A stretch of 64,000 nt of DNA, from NCBI GenBank assembly GCA_051362555.1, contig CM120645.1:21390001-21454000 (forward strand). Direction: 5' to 3'. The translations under genes were made by a program, and so were the position numbers. Origin of the DNA: Lingula anatina. Taxonomy: Eukaryota > Animalia > Brachiopoda. This document shows positions 1 to 11,600 of the stretch, piece by piece. Within the stretch, counting starts at the first letter, position 1. Each line of letters opens with the position of its first letter. A model generated the notes under the pieces. The model saw nothing but the letters and a program-made list of their open reading frames with translations, was not told where the DNA came from and did not search any database.

Positions 1-1186
1 AGCTACAACGACAACAACGACAACAACGGCAACTATTCCAACGACAGCTACGTATACTGTTCACTCAGATAAATCATCCTTCCCAACGACAACTACTGTA
101 CCATCTATTTCGTCATGGCAGCCGAATGTGAAAGTTATCGAAGCACACACAGCGTCTGTTATATCGATACACGAGACATCACCGTTCAGGGCTTCAAAGG
201 CCCAACAAGAAACCTCAGCCACAGCTGACATCGTGGACATCACTCGGGCCTCAATACCTGAAACAACTGTTGGATTACTAAAAGAGAGTAGGTCTATAGA
301 GGCAGGCAAGCCTTCCCTCATCAACCAAAGTGAGTTCTTTCCAAACCACCATATTTCATGATAAATTCTACATAGTCTTTCTCTTTCACAAATAATAATA
401 GTGAATAAGATTTAAAATAAAAGGATATTTTTTGTTTCCTTACGAGAAACATACAAGTATTAATTCAAATATACAGATGATAACTGAAATTGCGAGTAAA
501 ATAGAATCTTTAAAATAGAAGTTTCATTTTTTATGATAAAAATATCGCCACTTTTCATATTTCTCTATCTTTCAACCGCCCCCATCTCTCTTTCTTCAAT
601 GCCCCATTCATTCTATCTCAGCACGTTTTCAGTTTTTTTATATCATTTAAATGATATCCTAATTTGTTTCAGGTTTTGGTCTGGGCTTTGGTGTAGGTGG
701 CGCGTCAGTCTTGAGCATTGTTGGTGCTGCTGCTGCTTTTATGTCCTGTTACAAGAGAAGGTATGTATTTCAAAGTCATATAGATGCTTTAGTTATAACT
801 AATATTCATCCATAACTTCATTTTTGCAATTGGCCAGTGATGTCACTAAAAAAAACCTAGCATTATCATTTCTGGCACTTACCTAGGGCTGAATTGTAAA
901 AAAAGCGCCATTGAAACGTGTTCATGTTTTCATCAAGTTTTTATTTATTAATTAATTTATTTATTTATTTATTTTTTGAAATGTTGAAACAAAAACCAAT
1001 AACAAATTCGTCTGGCAGATGCTTCATTTCTGTTTCAGAAGGAAGGGCACCAAAGAGAAGACCTCTGTTCATACGCCACTTGAAAAAGACGCAGACGAGA
1101 AGGACCACGTGTATGAACTTAACATAACGCCAGGCATTGTGGAGGAACCATACACTCAGTTAAATGTCGAACTTAGCAGGCATTAA
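1..1186 (+). CDS. Receptor gene A (5'-truncated by window edge): Thr/Ser mucin stalk, TM, short Tyr-motif tail; probable paralog of genes B and C
   Basis: Exons <1-329 (Thr/Ser-rich, ends ...PSLINQ|gtgag), 673-760 (SFGLGFGVGGASVLSIVGAAAAFMSCYKRR, TM plus basic stop-transfer) and 1039-1186 (RRKGTKEK...DHVYELNITPGIVEEPYTQLNVELSRH*). Introns are GT-AG with phases 1 and 2, as around the TM exons of genes B and C. AATAAA near 1338. Confidence 0.8.
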
Positions 1187-1295
1187 GTTATACACAACTC
1201 AGAAAATGGGAAGAAAAACAGACATTGCTTGTAGCTATGTGCTCTTAGATCTAAATTTGAATGAATCTGTTTAAACTGTGTATGTTTTTTATTCA

Positions 1296-1331
<36 letters not shown>

Positions 1332-1671
1332 CCATCTCAATAAATAGTCATTATTTAAACAATTTATGAACTCCTGGTGGGGTAGGAGATAGAAAATCAA
1401 AATAGCAATCTATTTATCAATATGTTTTTAAAAATCTCTCATTTTAATTAAAATTTAATCTTCGGTTTCGGTGTATATGAGAGTTACTCATGATCAGTTC
1501 TTTCTTTTAAGTGTGTGTGACTCTCAACCCAGTGCTTTTCTTTGGAAATAAAAAGGTGATGATAAAAACCTTTCAATGCTTGCAAACGTGGTGCAAACAT
1601 TATGATTCTAGTTAATGATACGAAATAGGTTAGGCTGGTTATTTATTGACTCGCCCTCGTACGTAAAGGAA

Positions 1672-1828
1672 GTTATTATTGTTAAAATTATTAGGATAGT
1701 GAGTTTATATAATAAAAGCGGCCTTGTTTGGCCAAATCACGAACACACGATAGTCTTTGTTGCCTTCTCTTTTGTTATGAACGGGACTATGCAAGTTTGT
1801 GGTGCACTGGGATGGAGGAGACATAAAA
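1672..1828 (-). repeat. Dispersed fragment homologous (inverted) to 7540-7693 inside the second Tc1-like element
   Basis: aaaagcggccttgtttggccaaatcacgaaca here is the reverse complement of tgttcgtgatttggccaaacaaggccgctttt at about 7622-7653, with similarity extending on both sides. Confidence 0.75.
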
Positions 1829-2633
1829 TAACGTTAATCATTAATATGCCAGGTCATGGTAGTTATCGATACACATTGTATATAGAGCCGCACTTTGTGA
1901 AGTATAGGGAATATCATATTGTATCACAGAGGTCGGGCACGTTATCCAAGCATCCCAAAAGATAAAACGTGATACAAATTACCCTAAAGAATTAAATTAT
2001 TAAGCGAGAGGGTCAACGGTGTTTGCTTGTAAAAGGTCGCGTGGCCACATTATTTGTTTAACACATGTATGTGCAGTGGAAACCGAAAACGCTATTAAAT
2101 ATGAAACAGAACAAACGCAAGACGATAGTTACACACTCAAATAAATTACACCACAAATGGGACCGTTAATGGATAATCTATGATAACTGCTACAGTATTA
2201 AATCCTAAAACACACAATGACATTCAGCAGCGGCCACATGCATCTCCCTTATCTTATGAGATACCCTTTACCCTCATTCTTCCTTATAAAAGCAGCATAA
2301 CGTACGAGCCAAAGGTGACAAATCCAACCATATCTTGTGTACCAGGGCCATTCATATTTAATTTAAATTATCACCGTCTTCCATATTACATTTTCTCAAA
2401 CGAAAAAAAAAATCCGTACCCCCACTCCCCGCCATGAGGAAAATATTGGATCTACCAGCGACATGACCGCGACCACTGGTTTAGCTAAATAATGCTGTTG
2501 TTGCATGGCCTCACTGAATTTAACCTTAGTCACGTGGGAAGTACGTACATCGATTGAACCCGGAAGAAACCATTTCTTAAGACTTAGTACAATGATATAA
2601 CTGAACCTGGGCTTGGTATGAAGAATCGCCTAA

Positions 2634-5600
2634 ATGATGTTGTGTTATAGGGTATTTCTGCTTGTATGTCTGGCGGTGGCACAAGTTATAGGTATGTCAA
2701 GATCGGACGCAGGTGTTTGTTACTATTTAGAGAGAAATATCCTTTATTACGATATGTACTATTACATATATACTGTAATTTCTGTTCAGTCTCGTACTAT
2801 GAACACGTACTCTCTCGTGTGTCCGTTATAGATGGAGATTCACTTGGTTTCACCGTGTTGATATTTATAAGACTAATAATAACGTAAATTGTGACATCCT
2901 TTGTTTTGATCCACTTTTCATCAATTTTTTATGTATAAAACAGTTGATCATGATGTGATATGTTTTATTTTCCATCATAGAGGAGCACGGACAGTTACAT
3001 GTATGACCGTGGCCGCATGTGGTAATTTTCACCACGTGGAGATGTACCCTGTATATAGTAATAAGCGGCACATTATTAACATGCATTTGAGTACTATTGT
3101 GTGTATATCCTCGTCACTGTTGGTTCAAGTAGCGACAACAAAACTTTATCAAATATGACCTACATTTTAAGTTCCCGTACCCGCGTACACTTGCTATTAT
3201 CACTCGTTGTGTACTAATGGGCAGTCAAAACAATCAGGGTTAGGCTGAGCAGAAGTATTGTTCTAATTGTTCTAGTTGTTTTGACTCGCGCCCCAGTGCA
3301 ATGCAGGGAAGACTGAAAATAAAGATAGCTGAGATGGACAGGAATAATTTAACCACCCGAGTAACGTAAAAATATATAGTCTTGCTATGGGTAATTTTCT
3401 TTAAACGTTGAAAAAGAAAAGACTGTAGACTATTGGCATAATCAGGATTTTGCTGGTGGGAGTGGGTTGAATCCAATGGCATGAAACAATAGACGACGAC
3501 AATTTAAATTTAATATGTAAGAATTAGGAATGAACAATTTGCTTGGTTTTGTCTAGTTTGGCTCATTATAATATATCAGCTTTCGTTAGAAGTACTCTAC
3601 TTGTAGGTGCATTGCTTTCTGGCAAATTATTAGAGGGGTCATGGCGATGAAGACACTTATAAAGCAAAGAAAGTAATTTCCCCTGCAATGTCGCCACTTT
3701 TTTCATTAATACCAAGGCATGTCCCGTACTAGTGCCAAAGATTAGAATTTTTGTCATTGGATATTCACAGATATGCATCCGTCTGATTCTACACTTTTTT
3801 GTTCTGTGAGAATATATATACAGACTTGACATTTAATATGGAATATTTCAGTTTCGAAGGTATGCCTAGGTAAAAATTCGTTCTTTTTTCAAAAAACTCC
3901 TATCTCATATAGGATTTGTGAATGGAGAAGTGTGTAGTCAGGTGTGTCGCTACCAATTAACTGACTTCCATGTCTGTTGCACTGATACTTTATGTAAAAT
4001 GCGGTGATTTAATTGGGTAGTGTTCCTTTGGGCTGGTCAATGCTTGGCTTAGGCAAATCTTGGTTCTGTCAAAAAAGTATCCGTATGTCGGCAACTATTC
4101 CAAAGAAGAATTTGAAATTTTGCATGCAAGCGGTCAGTTTTGCAGTGCGTAAAATGAGCTAATGAGTGCTTTATAAATTTGTAAATTTGTGGCAGAATGG
4201 CGCGAAAAAGACACACATTACCAGACAGATTACAGCGCCAAACGGAACGGTCCGCACAGTTTTATAGAGTAATGCCCAGACAGATGTAACTACACAGAGG
4301 TCACACCCAATGCATCGAAATCTTATCTCCAGGGTACAGGACGCACTGTCTTTCGGGATACGCTGCTGCAACTAAACAAAAGCCACCCAGTCTGTTCAGA
4401 ACGAGGGGTAAATTGCCACCAAAATGCGTTTTTCAAGGCCCTTAACGAGCACCAAACTGGTTTTAGCAGGTTAGAATACCAGATGACCTGCGAGGTACCC
4501 ACTGTAAACAGCAAAACATCGTCGTCTGTTTCTCTAATGAATTGGGGGCCATGACCGTTTCTGGGTTGAACACTGAAACCGCGTGGCTTTCTTTATTGAG
4601 GTCAGATTTCACCTGTACCTCCCAGCTAGTCAAAACAGAGTTTACAGACATCCAGAAGAGGCCTACGACGAAGCATGTACCGCGTGTAAAGTGACACGGG
4701 TCATTGACAGCGTCAGTATTTGGAGTGGATACCACATTGGTGCCAAAACACCAATGGTAGTCATTGACGAAAACCTGAACCAGATCAAATAAAGGAATAA
4801 TCTGGGAACCACTTGACTATCATTTGATAAGGGGCACCTTAGGAACAATTTTAGGTTGCACGGTCAGATTGCCAGTTCACACAGAGCACTTTTAATAGCA
4901 GATAACTTACAGAATCAAGGGAATGAGCAGCTACCCTGGTCATCAAAATCGCCACATTTGAACCGCATAGACAATATGTGGGTAAGCCATTACTCGCCGA
5001 ATCAACTGCTTACATGCCCTACATCAAAACTGGACCAAATTGGACAATTTTGGACCGATGCCTGGAATAATATTCCAGATTGAACTCTAAAAACTTTTCC
5101 CAAGGAATGCCTTGCCGCTTGAGAGCGCTGGTAACAGACAGAAGAGGCCAGGCGTAACAGCAACCGTTACTATGACTACACACTGACATGAGGGTCCATT
5201 GTGTAGCGTATAACTCTTTTACAGACGATAACTTTGAAAATATAGAGATCCAAAATATCTCTTTTAATGGATGTCGTATGACATAGAATAGGCAATGTAT
5301 TTCTGTTTGCCTCACTGTCGAATTCAACCAATGAGCTGGTGTCAGCATGACATCAAAGAGATAATTTAAAGTTATTAAAACACGATTTTAATCCTTATCT
5401 TCATTTATCAGTCAGCAAAATAGCAAAAAACTGATGAAAAATGACTTGGAAAAAAATATTCCATATTAAATGTCAAGTCTGTATATATAGCTGGACTCTG
5501 ATAAGGAGTAACCAAGGCATACCTGACACGAATATGTTGGGAAAATTATGATTGGTTTTTGAGATCATTTCAAGGAAAATGCTAATATTTTTAGTCTTGC

Positions 5601-8600
5601 CATTTGAAGTTGTTTTCTACCGTGTAATCCAAAGGCGGTACAGGCCAGTTTTGATTAAAACCATGAACAAAATACATTAAATCACATTTTCGATATTTTT
5701 TTAATATGGTTCATATAGCCAAGACCCACTTTAAAGCACTGGACATCCAATTAAACAAAAACTTTTTTATGTGCAGGAGACCAAACATATAAAATATTCG
5801 TTAAGACTGGAAATACATTTGGTGACGGAACAGACGGAGATGTTTTGGTCACTTTATACGGGACAGAAGGGGAATCCAGTGAACAGGAACTGGACACTAA
5901 CGGCAATGACTTTGAACAAGGGAGGTAATATACAGTTTGTTTTCATCTTAAACAATGCGTAAGTGCTTTGCTTGTATAAGTGTTTTTTTATAAATATATA
6001 TTTGTGAACTCGTGATGGAAAGAGGCAAAAACTATCGGTAAAGTTTTAACTTTTTTTGTAATATGCGTTGAGTATGTTTTCAGCACAGCACGAATAGCGT
6101 GCCCGACCCGAAGTAAATAGAGCTAAAGTGAAACTCCAAAGAAGTGAAAGAAGCGTATATTTAGTATTACAAACACGGAAGTAACCATTTGATAGAACGC
6201 GTATTATCTGTTACAAAGTCTTTACATTATGTCCCGGCGAACACACTGCTTTATAGAACATTTCTATTTTATTTTCCCCTTTCTATTTCAGAACAACAGT
6301 AAACAGAGTACTGGGTATATTGTGTAAAATTAGATTTTGATCATTGCAGTATAGGAGTTTATTTGAAGTATTGTAACGTGTGTAGTGTGCCTTTACATAA
6401 AGTCATCATGCTTAGTTTTATAATGTGGTATATTTACAACATTGGCCAAAAAGGGTGTCCCACCCCTAATTCCATTTGCTCTTATGTACAAATGATCACG
6501 TCACTGGTGATCATTGTGATAAACAGTGCCTTTTATTCCAGAAACAATATGTCTAACATGATTTATGGTTCAGAAAATACAAACAAAGGTAAAGATATCC
6601 ACATTTTTTGTCATTTATCTAAATTCTCAACATGTATCCCCTCAAATCCAATGTTCCACTGTGATTTCCACAGAGGTAAAGAAATGTCTATTTTAATTTA
6701 AAAATTAAAAAGACGCCATCAAATATCACCAAATTTATACACAATGAACATTAAGAGGTGCTCTTTAAAGGTTTCGTGTCTCACACTCACAACATTGTGT
6801 ATCTGCAACAAATCACTTTCCAGACGAGAGCTGTGCACTGTCATGATGAGGCCTGGAGTTAACCCTGAAGTCACCTCTTGCCGATGGAATGAGATATCTG
6901 CTGTGGATATTACGGTCAGTGACCCTAGAGGTACCTGGACCTGGTCAACCAACACTGGAAGAGAGCTGGCTTTGTTGAAGAACCAAGGGATTTCTTGCAT
7001 CCCACCGATGGTCAGATGATGGTCTGAAGACATGTTGCAGAAGGCCTTTTGGAAGTGTGTGTAGAATATAATCGCCTGACTGTCAGATCAGTCGCGTTTG
7101 GAGAGCATTGCAAGCCCGCATGGGATTAGTACATTGTTCCTTTTGGAACAGAACCTTACTTGGGCATTTTTCTGAAACATCCTCAATAGATGTCTCATTC
7201 CATTTGCAAGATGTTACTTCTGGGATGCTACTGGTTTCATCGGGACAACGCATTTGCTCACAGCTCTCGCCTTGCAAGTTATTTGTTACAGAAACACGGT
7301 GTTTTGAGCATGCAACAACCATCTTTGAGCCCCGATATTCTTTCTTACGAGTACCTGTGGCATGAATTGGGGCGTGCAATGCAGAGGAGAACCAATCCCC
7401 AAGTAGTCTAGACCAACACCGCCAAATACCCCAATACCCCACAAAAAAGGATTGTAACCCTTGTTGAAAGCTTGTCGCACCGCCAACAGGCGATTATTAT
7501 AGTACGCGTTAAACACACAGGATATGAGGCACGTGTAAATTTATGTTTCCTCCATCTCAGTGCTCCACAAACTTTTATAGTCTCATTCATAGCAAGAAAG
7601 TAGGCAACAAGGAATATTGATTGTTCGTGATTTGGCCAAACAAGGCCGCTTTTATTATATAACCCCTCTATCCTAATCGTTTTAACAATAATAACAATGT
7701 AGCAAATTGTTGCCTGTATTAAATGTTATGGCCTTAGGGATAAAAATTATATATCAAATATTCAATAAGACTCATCATCCTAAAAATTATGATGCGACGA
7801 GTCAGCAAAAAGTTATTATTTACCAACAATTTTGCACAAATTTCATTTGTGGGGTTGCAAAGAGCTTTGTTGCTATTTGGTGGTGTCTTTTCAAATTAAT
7901 AGTCACCTCTTTACCTCCGTGAAAATCACTGTGAAAAACTAGATTTGAGGGGGTGCTTACTCTAAATTTTAATTAATGTAATAAGTATGGATATTTTCAC
8001 CACTATTTAGCATTTTCTGAACAAATAATCATGTAAGATATGGTAACTGGAAAAAAGTTTATAAGGTGATAATTTGTCAATAAAAGCACATGGAATTCGG
8101 GGCGAGACAACCTTTTTGACCAATGTTGTATGATTTACTGTAAAATTAATTTTTGTTCATTACAGTATCGGAGAGTATTTGCTGACAACCAGTGACCCTT
8201 TGGGTGAAGTTCGCTGCATACGAGTTAATTTCAGACATCATAAACTATTCGATGATTGGAAGATGGAATATGTAAGTTTATCTATATGGCAGTCATAATG
8301 ATATTTGTAATATCACAATCCAAGTAAACCGCAATATGCATCAAAGGCACGAAATTTAAAAGGAATATATGGGATCATTTTGTTATCGTTTTCAAATATG
8401 AGAAACATCTTGATCCAGTTTTGCCAAAACCTATTTCAGATAAGTGTCGAAGGTGCTGGAGTTACAGTCAGATTCAACTACAACGGCTGGTTCAAAGAAG
8501 ACAAATCAATTGACATATTCAACGGTAAGTCTACTAGAAAGGCGTCTGTTGAATTACTGACTAAAGTCTGCATAATGAAATAAAGAGTTTGAACACCTTT

Positions 8601-11600
8601 ACCATATCTTGCGCGCTTCAAAATCGACTATATATCGTTTTTCTGTAATTTTGAGTTACTCTTTCACAGGGCAATTCCAGAATTATACTAAAAAGAGAAG
8701 ACTAAAGAAGACTCTCACCTTAGGTCTTATACGTTTGATACAATACAATAGGAAGCTAAGGAATGTTCTCTGTGTCCTTTTGAATCAGTTAATGAATTAA
8801 AAATGTAAAAATTTTCTTTTCGTCGATCGTGTTACTATTCTCGTCGATCGTCAAACTATTTTCGTCGATCGTGTAACTATTCTCGGCGATCGTCAAACTA
8901 TTCTCGTCGATCGTCTAACTGTTCTCGTCGATCCTGTAACGTCACCTCATCATTCATCGATCGATCGCCAGAGGGCGCTGCGGTAGCACATTGGCCTATC
9001 ACATGACTATCAAAATCGCAGACAACAAAATGATTGCTAGTGAAATAAGAAAATTTTCTCAACAATTTCAATTTTAATTGTTAATAATTAAAATCTATTC
9101 GGTTGTAGGGTTATTATTTTCTAGTTGTTTTCAACTCTGACCATGGCTGGCCGAGTTAAAAATTACCGCGTGATTGACAGACAGAAGCACGTGTTGCTAC
9201 CGCAGCGCCCTCTGTCGATCGATCGATGAGACGATCGACGAGAATAGTTACACGATTGACGAGATTAGTTGGACCTAAGATCTAATAATCTGTTTATTAG
9301 ATCTTAGGTTGGACGATCGACGAGATTAGACGATCGACGAGAATAGTTACACGATCGACGAAAATAGTGACAGCATTGGTTTTAATACACCGTAGATGAG
9401 AAATGTTTGACAATTGAATTGACTAAAGTAGATGTTGAATTTATGACAGGATCATTTAAACTTGCAACTGAATCGATGGGAAGGCAGTGAATCGACGAAA
9501 CATAACTGAATCGACGACATGAATTTTTGCCCTTTTGGCCGCCCATAAAGTACGCTTGCCAATTAAAAGCAGTTGAACTTATAAGTGGTAATGATAAAAG
9601 CATCTAGTGATCAGGAATGGGGACGAATTTAAATCATGCACCACCAAATTTGAGAAAAGATGATGCCAACTTGTTTTTGTTTATTATATTACAAATGAAT
9701 AATATTCGTCTGAATATTCGTTAATAGTAGCATAATACTTTTGTTCTGAAAATTATAAGAGGTAAGTTCAAGTGATGCAGAAAATGAAAAAAAATTATCT
9801 TAATAAATGAATATTGGGAAAGCATTTTACAAAACATCGAACTATGCTTGTTCGTAAGAACTTTTCTGTGTAGCATGGCCTATATTTCAGCTATAATTTT
9901 CAAATATAATCTTCCAGTACAGATTTTCTAACGAAAAGCCGCTTGTAATTGATTATAGGTCATGCCATTTCTTGAAACTATATTTGGCTTTGATTTTAAC
10001 AGCTTTTTATTAAGCCTGTTGTAAGCGTAATCCACCTGGCAATGTTATACTTAATCTTAAACTAAATGTTGATCCATCCAGAGTTGATGTACTGGTTTGT
10101 AAATTTTTTGCGACAGTAAGAGGTAAGGCTTTTTCTTTATTTAGACTTATACGCCGTATATACACATATATATCTTCATATTTTATCTTACTTAAAGGTG
10201 ACGGAGTGTGCAAGGACAGCTCGTGTGATTGTTTAAGAGAGGCTCGCAAAAAAAAATATTGTTCTAGGCAATCACATATTAACCGCTGTCAGTGGTCCTG
10301 TCATAACTGTCGCAGTAAGTTTAACAATGTTTTTCGTGGACTTCTGAGTGCACTTGGTTGACTTACATTAGCTGATTTAAAAATATCATGATATCGAAAT
10401 ATTTATTTTGACACGAATGAAGGTAATATAGCTTTTAATTTTCATAGCTATCAACGGCTACAAGTGCATATACCACAATGTTTTGAAATGGGTAATGGTT
10501 TGAAATGGTTGTAAAGACAAAAGAATGATGTTCATCCTTGCTTCCTTAAAATTAATTTAAACCCCCATAATACTAATGTGTCTACATCATTAACGACAAC
10601 AACAGCGTCGACAACAACAATTTTAACTACAACCACGCCAGTAACTACACGTGTTTCAACCTCACAGAGAGTGAGATCATCGCATAACCCGGGTCCTACA
10701 AGAACGTCACCAGTGACGTCACAGTCTATGATTTACACAGAAATATCATCTTCGTCAAACACTCGGAATACAGGTAGGCTACACCCAGAAAACGGGTGCT
10801 TGACGGGTGCTTGATTAGGTTGATGAAATGTATCTCAATCTTTATAGCTGCCTATCGCTATGTTTTTAAGAATGAAGTAATTTTTCGTCAGTCAACGGCA
10901 TAATATTGAAATAGTTTTACCTCCAATATTTCGATATATAGCAGAACATCTTCATCAGGGAATGAGACTGTCCAGGTGAATAGCCTCTATTCAGGAGATA
11001 TACTTGCCCCCCCCAGCCTCCACACCTATTGCCTTCGGAAAGGGAAGTAGAGGTCAGAGATTATATATCTCCTGTATATCTCCTGAATAGAGGCTTTTCA
11101 CCTGGATAGCCTCATTCCCTGATGAAGATATTCTGTAAGGCATCATAATATGGAAGGCAAAACTCTTTCAGTATTTAGCTGTTGACTGAAGAAAAATTAC
11201 TTCATTCTTAAAAACATGGCAAATAGGCAGCTATAAAGACTGAGATACATTTCATACAACCAATAACAAAGCTGATTAAATTCTTCTCTGACGCTATGTT
11301 TTTATTTTTTATTTCTTTGAGACGACAAGCTTTCTTTTTCTTCTCTTCCCAAATACATTTGGACTTGCTTGTGTGAGTGCATCTGTGTTTGTCTGTATCA
11401 GGCCTACCCAACTACCAGACTCGGCACCTAAGGATGCTGAATTAACCGGTATATCGCACCACGCTACCCGTTTTCAAGGTGTGTGTCAGATCGCATTTCG
11501 GAGTATCATACCCCAGAACAAATTTTGTAGCACGACTGCGGGCTCATCCACGCTCGGCTGAACAACCTTAAACTGTACTCTTACTTTGGAGTACTCTATT

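Noticed and set aside
1100-1165. Canonical ITAM in the gene A tail
   Set aside because: The first Tyr is YELN, not YxxL/I. Only one YxxL is present, so it is at most hemITAM-like.
1296-1328. Poly(A) run as a processed-pseudogene tail
   Set aside because: The upstream gene retains its introns, no TSD is visible, and an AATAAA lies downstream. It is a simple homopolymer in the 3' UTR.
8817-8940. 21-bp repeat array as a CRISPR array
   Set aside because: Units are contiguous with no unique spacers, mirrored as an inverted array, in a eukaryotic intron with no cas genes.
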